A stretch of DNA of 64,000 nt from an uncultured Acidobacteriota bacterium (lineage in GTDB: Bacteria; Acidobacteriota; Terriglobia; Acidiferrales; UBA7541), in contig OY969113.1 in NCBI GenBank assembly GCA_963698005.1, positions 1,209,669 through 1,273,668 of the forward strand, read 5' to 3'. A program made the position numbers and the translations under genes. Below, one piece after another: positions 25,168 to 34,547 of this stretch. Each line of letters opens with the position of its first letter. The stretch's first letter is position 1. Below the pieces are notes generated by a model, which did not search any database, was not told the DNA's origin, and saw nothing but the letters and a program-made list of their open reading frames with translations.

Positions 25168-26052
25168 TTGGAAACCGCGGTTGGAGTATTTAGTTCGCGA
25201 GAACGTGCGGAAAACGCGCTGGGATATTTGCTCGAGAACGGCGTGCCGGAAGACGCGATCGTGTATTTGACGCGATCTGAAAGCGAGGCCGTCTCTTTGG
25301 GGAAGAAGATTGGGGGCTTTGCAGGAGGTATCGCGGGCGGGGCTGTTGGTTTCGGAGCCGGATTGGCGGCGGCTTCATGGGCGTTGATCCCCGGAGCAGG
25401 AGAAGTTTTCGCACTGGGCGCGGGCGCTGCGGCATTGCTCGGGCTGTTCGGGCAGAAGGCCGGAGCTGCGGCCGGTGCGAAACTGAGTCGGAACGTTGAC
25501 GCCGATGTTTTGAGAGATGAGCAGTCGGCTGAAGATGCGGAAGTGTTTCTGAATATTCTGAAAGAAGGCCGGTCGCTGATCGTGGTTAGAACGGAATCGC
25601 ACGAAACCGCGAGAGTGGCCTGCGTGATACTCGACCGCATGGGAATCACCGGCACCACCCCTGCAGAGGTTGATGCGGATAAAATGCGGGCTACGACTCG
25701 GCCGACGGGCAAAGGCATCACTGTGCTGGAAATACACGGAAGGAACATGCAGGGCGAAGGCAACATCGTACTGCGCGACGCAGTCCAGGATTTGCTGGCG
25801 CGGGGAAATACAAAAGTAATTTTGAACTTGAGCCAAGTGGAACACATCGATAGCGCAGGCATTGGCGAGCTGGTGCGAAGTCATACGTCGCTGCGCAAGG
25901 CGGGCGGGCAGTTGAAGCTGTTGAATCCCAGCGCCAAAATTAGAGAGATGCTTCAAATGAGCATGCTGCACAAAGTGTTCGACTTGCAGAACGATGAAGC
26001 CGGCGCGATCAAATCTTTTGGCAGATCGTCTAAATCAGGAGCGTCTGCGTAA
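25168..26052 (+). CDS. YflT-like / glycine-zipper / STAS-domain protein (anti-sigma-factor-antagonist-like C-terminus)
   Basis: TTG 25168 is 5 nt after GGAGGG. VGVFSSRERAENALGYLLENGVPEDAIVYL is general-stress 17M-like. Then a Gly/Ala-rich membrane-like stretch. C-terminal VLEIHGRNMQGEG...VILNLSQVEHIDSAGIGELV...GGQLKLLNP is a STAS/SpoIIAA fold. Confidence 0.65.
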   Translation: METAVGVFSSRERAENALGYLLENGVPEDAIVYLTRSESEAVSLGKKIGGFAGGIAGGAVGFGAGLAAASWALIPGAGEVFALGAGAAALLGLFGQKAGAAAGAKLSRNVDADVLRDEQSAEDAEVFLNILKEGRSLIVVRTESHETARVACVILDRMGITGTTPAEVDADKMRATTRPTGKGITVLEIHGRNMQGEGNIVLRDAVQDLLARGNTKVILNLSQVEHIDSAGIGELVRSHTSLRKAGGQLKLLNPSAKIREMLQMSMLHKVFDLQNDEAGAIKSFGRSSKSGASA

Positions 26053-26241
26053 ACTGCCAACGCTGTGTCGTGGCAAACTCCCGCTGTTGATCCTTCGGAT
26101 TCGAATTGTGATATTCCTTCGCGTTCTCCACTGTCGGCAGCTGCTTTCCATTATGAGCCCGATGTAAGCGATTTTCCGAGAGCGAGTCGTTTTATAATTC
26201 CGGGACTGCGTTAGTTATGACGGAGTGATAAGCACAATCAA

Positions 26242-28849
26242 ATGATAAAAAGACTACTACTAGCCACCGCACTGACGTTGACCGTCTCATTTGCGGCATT
26301 TGCACAGGGCGGGGCGTGCCCGACGGCGGCGCAGTACATCAATCCGGCGCTAAATGGCGTGGCGGGGCCGCTGGTTACACTGGCGTCGCTCGGAGTGACG
26401 AGATGCTATTACATCGCAGCGAACGGCTCGGATTCTAATTCCGGCATTTGCGAGGTAGTCACCGGCACTAGCCCCTGCACCACTGGAAACGGCCCCTGGC
26501 AGCATGATCCTTATATGCCGAACTGCACGGCGACGTGCGCGACAGTGCAGGCGGCATTGACTACGACTTCCGCATTCGGGTTTATTCATCGCGGCGGCGA
26601 CACTTGGCACTGGTTTACCGGAAGCCCGCAGATTGGTTTGCCGGTGAACTGGCCGAACGGGACGGGGAGCCAAGTCAACGGGTGGGACTGGATAAAGAGC
26701 GGGACGGCTTCAACGCCGTTTTACATCGGCATCGACTACGGCTGGTCGGTGAGCAGCCCATGGACGCGGCCGATCATCAATAACGACAATCCGGTGAACC
26801 CGACGCCGACCTATGGGCCGGTCGCGGGGCTTCCGCAGTTTTATTACAACACCACGACGGATCCAATCACGCTGAACGGGATCGTCGCGAGCTGCACCTA
26901 CCCGCAAGGCGCTTTGAACGATCTGACTTTGGACAGCGTGCAGTACGTGATCGTGGATGGCTTCGAATTCACCGGCATGTGTTTTGACGACACCGGAAAG
27001 ACGCACCAGTATTTGCAGCACGCCGGGCCGCCGCCGCAGTCGTCCGAACTTTCCGATTTTTACAATTTGTACATGCACGGCTATACCCACAAGCCGCTGG
27101 TAGAGCACGGACTGATCAACGCCAACGCTTCGATTGCTTCGGGGGGAACGGGGTACACCACGAGCAGCCAGGTAGCCGTGAATGGTGGGACGCTCTTGCC
27201 GATCGTTCAAATTACTTCGGTCAGTGGCGGAGTGGTGACCGGGTTCAACGTGCTTTACGGCGGCACTGGCGTGCCCATCGGCACCGACAGCACGACAACG
27301 GTGAGCGGCTCCGGTTCGGGATTTACTTTGAGCGTGTCGGCTCAGGCGAACATCGTCAGTGATGCCGGGGTAATGATGCAGGGCTGCTCGAACGCTTGCA
27401 CCGGAAACCAGATTATGTATTTCATAGTTCGACGGCTCGGATTCAGACGACACGGTCGCGAGTTCGCTCGGCATAGACACAAGTTCCGCGATCCTGGCCT
27501 ATAGCTTTTTCAATCACCTAGGCGGAACCGTCATTCTGGACAACTGCCACATAGCCCACGACAATGTGTGGCAGTACATCAACAATTCGACGGACTCAGT
27601 TTCCCACGGGGACGTGTACTTCTGCGAGGGGGAATTCAACGGCGACAACTTTTTTTATAACAACCTCTTTCGGTACATCGGCACCGAGTACGGCATCGGG
27701 CTTTCGACGGTCTTTTGGTTCAACCAGACCAACCCCGGCCACACGGACTACGTTTTCAATAACGTCCAGCACGACCTAAATCAGTGCAGCAATTTCAATA
27801 ATTTCTCGGCTGAGGCATCCGGGGTTCAGCACGCCATTTACAACAATACGATGCAGTCGATGGATGCCGTGCCCGGAAACAACTGCCCGGTTTGGACGAA
27901 CGGAAGTGGGGGTTTCCTCGGAACCATCACCGACGCAAACAACCATTACATTACGGGGACGAACACCGGGACCACGTGCGCTACAGCCTACCACGATGCG
28001 ACACACGTGAACGGCGGCGGGGCGTGCCCGGATACTTTTATGACCCAGGCGGTGGCGAACGCCGCGGGGTACACGAGCGCGAACGATTACGCGCCGACTT
28101 CCTCGAGCAGCCCGACGGTGGGAGCTGGCGCGAACTTTACGAGCATCAGCGGACCGTTTGGCCCGGCGTTTTTGCAGACCACTACGAACGGATGCGTCGA
28201 GAGTTTCGTCAACACGGGATTCGGCAGCCCGACGATGATCTGCCCGAACCTGACGCCGACAAACAGGCCGACGAGCGGCGCATGCCCGGGCGTTGGATGC
28301 TGGAACTCGGGAGCGTTTGGACTCGTCTCGCCCACCGTGGCGCTGGCACCCAATCCTTACAGTTTTGCAGCCACGGCCTTGGGCAATAACAGCAGCGATA
28401 GTCCGGTGACTTTCACACTAACAAACAACACTGCCGTAACGATTACCGGCGTCACAATCTCTTTTACCGGCGCGAACCCCGGCGACTTCAGCAAAACCAC
28501 TTCGTGTGTCACAACGCTTGCCAGCAGCGCAAGCTGCCAGATTTTCGTGACTTTCACGCCGACAGCTATAGGGTCGCGCACAGCTACACTGAGCGTCTCT
28601 GATTCTGACGCAAGCAGCCCACAAACTTCCAGCCTTTCCGGCACGGCAATTCCTTTGGTGATTAAACCGTCTCCCGCGAATCCCGTCACGTTCGGAGTTG
28701 TGGTGACGGACCTTTCCATTCCATCCACGGTGAAAAATGAAAAACACAGCGAGAATTTTTCTGCTTACAATTTTGGCCACGTCGCTTTGGTTGGCTTCCT
28801 GCACCAAGACCGTGCCCGTAATACCGCCAGCGCCTCCGCCGGTCAATAA
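26242..28849 (+). pseudogene. secreted right-handed beta-helix protein with choice-of-anchor-D-like C-terminal domain, interrupted by a +1 frameshift near 27424-27430
   Basis: ORF 26242-27504 (signal peptide MIKRLLLATALTLTVSFAAFA-QG) turns into Arg-rich nonsense after ..CTGNQIMYF. Frame +1 opens at 27428 with protein-like FDGSDSDDTVASSLGIDTSS..NCHIAHDNVWQYINN and continues into ORF 27566-28849. C-terminal FTLTNNTAVTITGVTISFTGANPGDF..CQIFVTFTP. Confidence 0.7.
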
Positions 28850-29201
28850 AGACTGGCTCATCACCGCCAGCTTCAGTTACAACTTCACGAATTACATGCA
28901 GTGCAGTGCGAGCGTCACCTCCGGCTGCATCACGGGGTTTACCTGGGGCTATCTGAATGCGCAGGGTGCGCAAGTGCCGCTGAAAACCAGCCCGGTCGCG
29001 GTGTGCTCCGGCGCGTCACAGCCACAAGCTTGCACCGACACCGCCAACAGCCAGTTGCCGATCGGCTCGGACGCTTTCACCATCGTAGTGAATTACATCG
29101 ACTCAGCAGGGAAGTCACAAGTCACTTCACCCGTGACATCCGCGTCCCCTACAGTAATCGCCGCCGGTCTGCCGCAGGGTTTCACTATCGCCACTCAGTA
29201 G
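28737..29201 (+). CDS. lipoprotein, hypothetical
   Basis: MKNTARIFLLTILATSLWLASC has a lipobox (LASC). Overlaps the 3' end of the preceding ORF by 113 nt. Confidence 0.6.
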   Translation: MKNTARIFLLTILATSLWLASCTKTVPVIPPAPPPVNKDWLITASFSYNFTNYMQCSASVTSGCITGFTWGYLNAQGAQVPLKTSPVAVCSGASQPQACTDTANSQLPIGSDAFTIVVNYIDSAGKSQVTSPVTSASPTVIAAGLPQGFTIATQ

Positions 29202-29376
29202 CAACGACACGTCTCGTCGTCTTTCAATTGGACGCATGCAGAGCACCTCCATGCGGCGGACTACACCTTTGTACCCCCCCGCCTTCGCGCCAGATCCTGC
29301 ACCGTTCCCAAACGTAGCTAAAGCTGTTCGCTCGATACAACAAATTAATCCTCACTTCACTCAAGGAGAAATCGAA

Positions 29377-30078
29377 ATGCACAATTTAAGCAAGGCGGCA
29401 CACGCAGTATTGATCGGAATTCTTTGCGGCACACTGACGATAGGCACCGTAACGCTCGGCGGCTGCAATTCAACTCAAGTGGAAGCGGACATTCAGAAAG
29501 TAATTGCGTTGCTCCCGACAGCCGTTCAGATCGCCGGCAGCATCCTCAACATCGTCGCAGCAGCGGAAGGGAAGTCGGCTCCCAGCGCAGCCGTCCTCGA
29601 TACGGTAAAAAATGCGTCCGGGCAAGTTCAGGCGGACCTCACACTCGCTAGTAGCCTGGTAGCGCAGTATCAAACCGATCTCGCCTCGGCTCCGGCCGGC
29701 GTCCTGGGGCAAATCGATGCAGCTGTCGCAGACGCGCAGCAAAATATCGGCGCGATTCTTACCGCCGTTCACGTCGCAAACGCGACAGTCATTGCAGCGG
29801 TAAATTCCGCAATAGCCAGCGTGCAGACCGTTATCCTTGCGCTCATTGCTGTGTTGCCCACGCCCGCGTCTGCCGCACTTTTTCCCAAGCTTACTGCTTC
29901 GCTACACACCGCCGGAATCCAGCCGGGAAGTGTGAAGGCTGGCGTTCCCAGTCCCCATGCTTTCGCCAAATCGTTCAACAACGACGCTCGCATCGTGGCG
30001 GCCCAGCAAGCCTATCCGAACGCGCAGATTAAAGTTCCCGTCCCGCACGCCCGCATTTTTGGCGTGCCCCTGCCGTAA
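29377..30078 (+). CDS. lipoprotein, Ala-rich helical, hypothetical
   Basis: ATG 29377 after AAGGAG. MHNLSKAAHAVLIGILCGTLTIGTVTLGGC has a lipobox (LGGC). Confidence 0.6.
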   Translation: MHNLSKAAHAVLIGILCGTLTIGTVTLGGCNSTQVEADIQKVIALLPTAVQIAGSILNIVAAAEGKSAPSAAVLDTVKNASGQVQADLTLASSLVAQYQTDLASAPAGVLGQIDAAVADAQQNIGAILTAVHVANATVIAAVNSAIASVQTVILALIAVLPTPASAALFPKLTASLHTAGIQPGSVKAGVPSPHAFAKSFNNDARIVAAQQAYPNAQIKVPVPHARIFGVPLP

Positions 30079-30357
30079 CATGAATTTCACGTCCCGTCGT
30101 TCATAAACCCAAGCACGGCAAATAATTACCAATTGCCACGTTCATGCCCTCAGTGTTCTTCACCTTTGCCTCTCCTCCCACATTTGCGTTGGCCTCGCCT
30201 AACTTCGCCGTCGTAGCCCCTGGCTTCCCTGACGACGGAAGGGATTGCCATGTCAACCTCGAGGGGGCCTTAGCCGGGCGTCTTTGTTGCAATTAACGGC
30301 CCCCGTGCTGTCGAAAGGCGGCGAGCCGACGCAGTTCAACCGAGCCCGGGTGCTGTG

Positions 30358-30415
30358 GAAAGCGGGAGGAAGCTCCCGCTTTCGTCACTGGCACGGATAC
30401 CTCGCACTCCGAAAA
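30358..30415 (+). repeat. REP-like element type D variant
   Basis: gaaagcgggaggaagctcccgctttc hairpin ... cgcactccgaaaa. Confidence 0.5.
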
Positions 30416-31157
30416 TTTGCGTGTCAGAAACTGACGGGCAACCACGCTCTGAACAACCCCGCTTCGGTCCATCGCACCTTTCCCAGAGCTCATTGCACTC
30501 GTTGGACCCAAGAACCTCCCCGAATTGTTCCCCGCACAAAATCGAGAACAGACAATGACTGTGCCGCTTTCGCTCAACGGTCGCCGTTACGAAGAGCTTG
30601 AAAGCGAGCCCGGCCCAAGGAGTAGGCGTGGCTTCGCTTTCGCTGCCGAAAGTGATTCCATCCGCGATCAATCTAACCGAATCGTCTGGGCCGTTTCGCG
30701 ACCAAGCCGACCTGGGCGCCTACACCCCGTTCGCCGGTACCGCGATAATGTAATTCCTATGGCGCAGTTACAATGACCAGGAGTTAGCTTTCAGCCCGCG
30801 CTCTATTTGTATTATCAGGAGCGCGCTCTGGACACCGACCGCATCACAGGAGACATCGGTTCCACCGGACGCTCCTGCGTTAAAGCGCTCACGACCAATT
30901 CGGCGTCTGCCTGGAAGCGGCCGATCCTTACAACCGCTGCGCCTTTGCGTATGAACCCCTGCGAACAGGGAATCGCCGGCGGCGCTCCCGGTGTCCACCT
31001 CCACTCTAAACCCAAATTTCACAAAACAACCATTGACACCGCATAGCGGCACAGAGTAAAACGATAATCTGATACATAGTTCGAGAATGGATATTATGTT
31101 GCTACAAACGTCGACGAGGTACATAGGGAGGACGCGTGAGGCTGTTGCGGGGCGTGA

Positions 31158-32069
31158 TTATTTGGGTGGTGGATTTGGCTGGGGGCGGGCGAGTTCGTAC
31201 TTTAAGTATTGCTCTAGGGCGGATTTGTCGCTGGAGGCTAGCATGCGGCCGTTTACGAAGGCGGTGGGTGTGCTGTTGACGTTTAGGGCTTCACCGTCGG
31301 CGCGATTTGCGTCTACGGCTTTTTTTGCCTCGGGTGATGACATGCATGCTTTGAAAGCGTCGGTATCGAGGCCTGCGGCCGTGGCGAATCCCAGGAGTTT
31401 GTCCCAGATGTTTTCCGGCGATATCAAGTCCTGGCTTTCGAAGATTGCGTCATGGACCTTCCAAAAAGCGGCGGGCGATTGGATGTACGCGCAACGCCCT
31501 CCGATTGAGGCTGTTTCGGCCCATGGATGGATCTGGGTGAGCGGGAAATCCTTATAGACTACGCGGACTTGCGGATACTGTGTCTCTAACGTCTTCAAGT
31601 TCCTGAAGAGGTCGCGGCAATGGGGACACTCGAAGTCGCTGAATTCGACGATCGTAACGCGCGCGTTCGCCGGCCCCAATGTCGGGTTCCCTTCGATGTT
31701 TAGGTGGGCGAGGTTTTCTGCGAAGGGATTCGAAGACATGTCGTAGATCTCGCCACGCAAGAATGTTTTCCCGTCTTTGCTTACATAAACTGTTCCGCTG
31801 TCGGTCTGGTCATTAATTGTTACGTGGATTGGGACGAGGTAGAAATCCGGCGAAGGGGATGGGGTCATGGGCCCGAGCCTTACTTTGAACTCAGGACCCC
31901 ATGCGTATAAGTTGCGTACGAATGCTTCCGTCGACTGCAGGATTTTAGTCTGATCGGGTGCCGATGTGGTCGCGGGCGTTATTTGCGCGAAAACTGGAAG
32001 TGCCAACATCAATAACGCAAGCGGAAACGACAAGCAACAAAGTCGAATTAAACGACGTGACATGTTCAT
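31158..32069 (-). CDS. DsbA-family thiol:disulfide oxidoreductase, secreted
   Basis: FSDFECPHCRDLF thioredoxin-fold CPHC motif. Signal peptide. Start chosen at the ATG preceded by GGGGAA (MNMSRRLIRL...). The track start at 32126 is also possible. Confidence 0.75.
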   Translation of the reverse strand: MNMSRRLIRLCCLSFPLALLMLALPVFAQITPATTSAPDQTKILQSTEAFVRNLYAWGPEFKVRLGPMTPSPSPDFYLVPIHVTINDQTDSGTVYVSKDGKTFLRGEIYDMSSNPFAENLAHLNIEGNPTLGPANARVTIVEFSDFECPHCRDLFRNLKTLETQYPQVRVVYKDFPLTQIHPWAETASIGGRCAYIQSPAAFWKVHDAIFESQDLISPENIWDKLLGFATAAGLDTDAFKACMSSPEAKKAVDANRADGEALNVNSTPTAFVNGRMLASSDKSALEQYLKYELARPQPNPPPK

Positions 32070-32219
32070 TTGTTTCCCCATAGTAAAAATGCGAAAGCTG
32101 TCTGTATAGCTTTCAGACTTGGCCATGAATCAGGACAGAGGATTGTAGTTCTTCGCGGCCGCAGCCCCAAAAGAAAATTCCGTACGGAGTCACATGCCAG
32201 TCCACGTCGCAGGCGACCG

Positions 32220-33857
32220 TCAAACGGAGAATTTTTGTGCGAGAGGGAAACGGCGACCTACGCTGAAGGCTTTTAGGGTGATCTTTAATCCTGGCGGGGC
32301 TTGCTTGCGCTTGTATTCGTTCTGATCCACGCGGAGGGCGACGCCTCGGACTAGGTCAAGCGGGAATCCGTAATGGTCCGCGATTTCCTCGGGGCTGCGC
32401 AGGTCCTCCACGTAGGCTTTGAGTATCCGGTCGAGGACGTCATAGTCGGGGAGCGTGTCGGAGTCCTTTTGATTAGGCCGAAGCTCGGCGGAAGGCGGCT
32501 TGGTTAGAGTTTCTTTAGGGATCACTTCCCTTTTGCGGTTCACAAAGTTTGAAAGCGCATAGACCATGGACTTAGGCACGTCGGAAATCACTGCCAGGCC
32601 GCCAGCCATGTCACCGTACAGGGTGCAATATCCAACGGCCATCTCGGATTTATTGCCCGTGCTCAGAACCATGGACCCGAACTTATTTGAAAGCGCCATG
32701 AGCAGATTTCCACGAATGCGCGCTTGGATGTTTTCTTCGGTCACGTCCTCGCGCGTGCCGGCGAACGCCTGCGCCAAGGTCTTGCGGTAACTGTCGAAGG
32801 TTTCGTTAATCGGCAGGACGAGGAACTTGATGGCGAGATTCTCGGCGAGCTGGCGCGCGTCTCGCATGCTATTTTCGGAGGAATACGGGCTTGGCATGGC
32901 GACGCCAAGTACGTTTTCATGGCCTAGCGCGTCCGTGGCGATGGCAGCGACGAGGGCTGAGTCCACACCGCCGCTCAAACCGACAACGACTTGCTTGAAA
33001 CCACATTTGCGGACGTAATCGCGGGTACCAATTACCAGCGCACGGAAAGCAGCTTCGAGTTCGTCTTCCACCAGCGGGCGGATGTCGCCTTCGCCAGTGA
33101 CACTGTTGAAGAGGACGAGGTCTTCTTCAAATGATTTCGCGCGCGCTGCGACGCGGCCGTCAGGCATGAACGCGACGCTTGAGCCGTCGAAAATCAGGCT
33201 ATCGTTGCCGCCAACCTGGTTTACATATACGACGGGTACGCGATATTCCTTCGCGATGGCTTGCAGCATGTCGTGGCGCAGAGAACGCTTGTCAATGGTG
33301 TAAGGCGAAGAGGAGAGATTCAGAAGCAGGGTACTTCCCTTCCCCACGATTTCGGCCACCGGGTCGCGATCGTAGAGCCGCTGATTCCAGAAGCTTTTGT
33401 CGTTCCAAGCATCCTCGCAAATGGTGACTCCAAGTTTTTCTGTGTCGAAGGGAAAGATGTGCTGCGTATGAGCGGGTTGAAAATAGCGCGATTCGTCAAA
33501 CACGTCGTATGTGGGCAACAGCATTTTGCGCTGTTCGAAGAGGATTTTTCCGTTGGCAATGAGAGCGGCACAATTGGCCACTGGTTTACCAGTATTGTCC
33601 TGTGCCCCGCCGACGTAACCGACGAGCGATGGCAGAGGGATTTTTTTCGCCAGGCGAAGGAGTTCCTTCTGGTTGAGTTCGTCGAATGCGGGACGCTCGC
33701 TCAAGTCCTGAGGCGGATAGCCGCAGAGGCAGAGCTCAGAGAAGACGGCCAATTCGGCTCCGCGAGATCGCGCTTCATGCGCCTGCTCTAGAATGCGGGT
33801 TGAATTGCCTTCGAAATCGCCTACGGTAGGATTGAACTGGGCCAGAGCGATATTCAT
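32220..33857 (-). CDS. nadE: glutamine-dependent NAD+ synthetase
   Basis: 545 aa. N-terminal carbon-nitrogen hydrolase domain (FSELCLCGYPPQD) followed by the NAD synthetase domain with SGGVDS P-loop. Confidence 0.9.
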   Translation of the reverse strand: MNIALAQFNPTVGDFEGNSTRILEQAHEARSRGAELAVFSELCLCGYPPQDLSERPAFDELNQKELLRLAKKIPLPSLVGYVGGAQDNTGKPVANCAALIANGKILFEQRKMLLPTYDVFDESRYFQPAHTQHIFPFDTEKLGVTICEDAWNDKSFWNQRLYDRDPVAEIVGKGSTLLLNLSSSPYTIDKRSLRHDMLQAIAKEYRVPVVYVNQVGGNDSLIFDGSSVAFMPDGRVAARAKSFEEDLVLFNSVTGEGDIRPLVEDELEAAFRALVIGTRDYVRKCGFKQVVVGLSGGVDSALVAAIATDALGHENVLGVAMPSPYSSENSMRDARQLAENLAIKFLVLPINETFDSYRKTLAQAFAGTREDVTEENIQARIRGNLLMALSNKFGSMVLSTGNKSEMAVGYCTLYGDMAGGLAVISDVPKSMVYALSNFVNRKREVIPKETLTKPPSAELRPNQKDSDTLPDYDVLDRILKAYVEDLRSPEEIADHYGFPLDLVRGVALRVDQNEYKRKQAPPGLKITLKAFSVGRRFPLAQKFSV

Positions 33858-33957
33858 ATTCCAGTACTAAGCATACGAGGCGACAGCGAGCTTTTCAATG
33901 GCATGCAGTGAAGACAGTAGTTTCGATGGTGTGAGGTCATTACAAGCGCGAGGAGAA

Positions 33958-33987
33958 GCGGACGTCCCAGCAACGAGAGACGTCCGC
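33958..33987 (-). terminator. hairpin downstream of erpA (possible terminator)
   Basis: Perfect 9-bp stem gcggacgtc / gacgtccgc with a 12-nt loop, 8 nt after the erpA stop. The trailing tract on the minus strand (ttctcctc) is only weakly U-rich. Confidence 0.4.
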
Positions 33988-33994
33988 GATGCCG

Positions 33995-34321
33995 TTAGAC
34001 GCTGAAGGAACTGCCGCAGCCGCAAGTGCTCTTCACGTTCGGGTTGTTAAACTTAAAGCCCGAACCTTCGATCGTCTCGATGTAGTCGATCTGCACGCCT
34101 TCGAGATACATTTCGCTCATTTGATCGACGAGAACCTTTAGTCCTTCGAACTCATACACGTTGTCGCTGTTCTCGTTCACTTGATTCTCGAAAGCCATGT
34201 GGTAACTGAAGCCAGAGCAGCCTCCGCCAACCACGGCTACGCGCAAACCGGCCGGTGCAGGAGTCTGCTGCTGAAGAATCTCTTTAACTTTTGTAACTGC
34301 CACTGGTGTGAGTTGAACCAT
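33995..34321 (-). CDS. erpA: iron-sulfur cluster insertion protein, HesB/IscA/ErpA family
   Basis: C-terminal STCGCGSSF motif. ATG 34321 preceded by GGAGG; the track start at 34336 is a GTG inside the RBS. Confidence 0.85.
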   Translation of the reverse strand: MVQLTPVAVTKVKEILQQQTPAPAGLRVAVVGGGCSGFSYHMAFENQVNENSDNVYEFEGLKVLVDQMSEMYLEGVQIDYIETIEGSGFKFNNPNVKSTCGCGSSFSV

Positions 34322-34547
34322 TCGCCAAGCCTCCACAGATTTCGCATGAATAAATCATGCGTTACAATTCCAAGGACAGTATATCAGATTTAGGCGCCGG
34401 GCGATTGGATTCCGGCAGATGGTTGTTTAAGAGGCTAAAAGAGTTAACAGGCCCTGCCTTACTTTGGCGGCTGGCGCAGCCCTAGGAACCGGCCCAACCG
34501 ACGCTGTGGACTGTGAGCGCCTAGCCGCCTAAAATGAGTACCCTACC

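Noticed and set aside
30525-31124. Short ORFs in the boundary gap (30525-30776 +, 30768-31124 -, 30245-30601 +)
   Set aside because: They have no RBS, odd composition (Arg/Cys-rich), mutual overlap and no motifs. I treated them as non-coding pending a database search.
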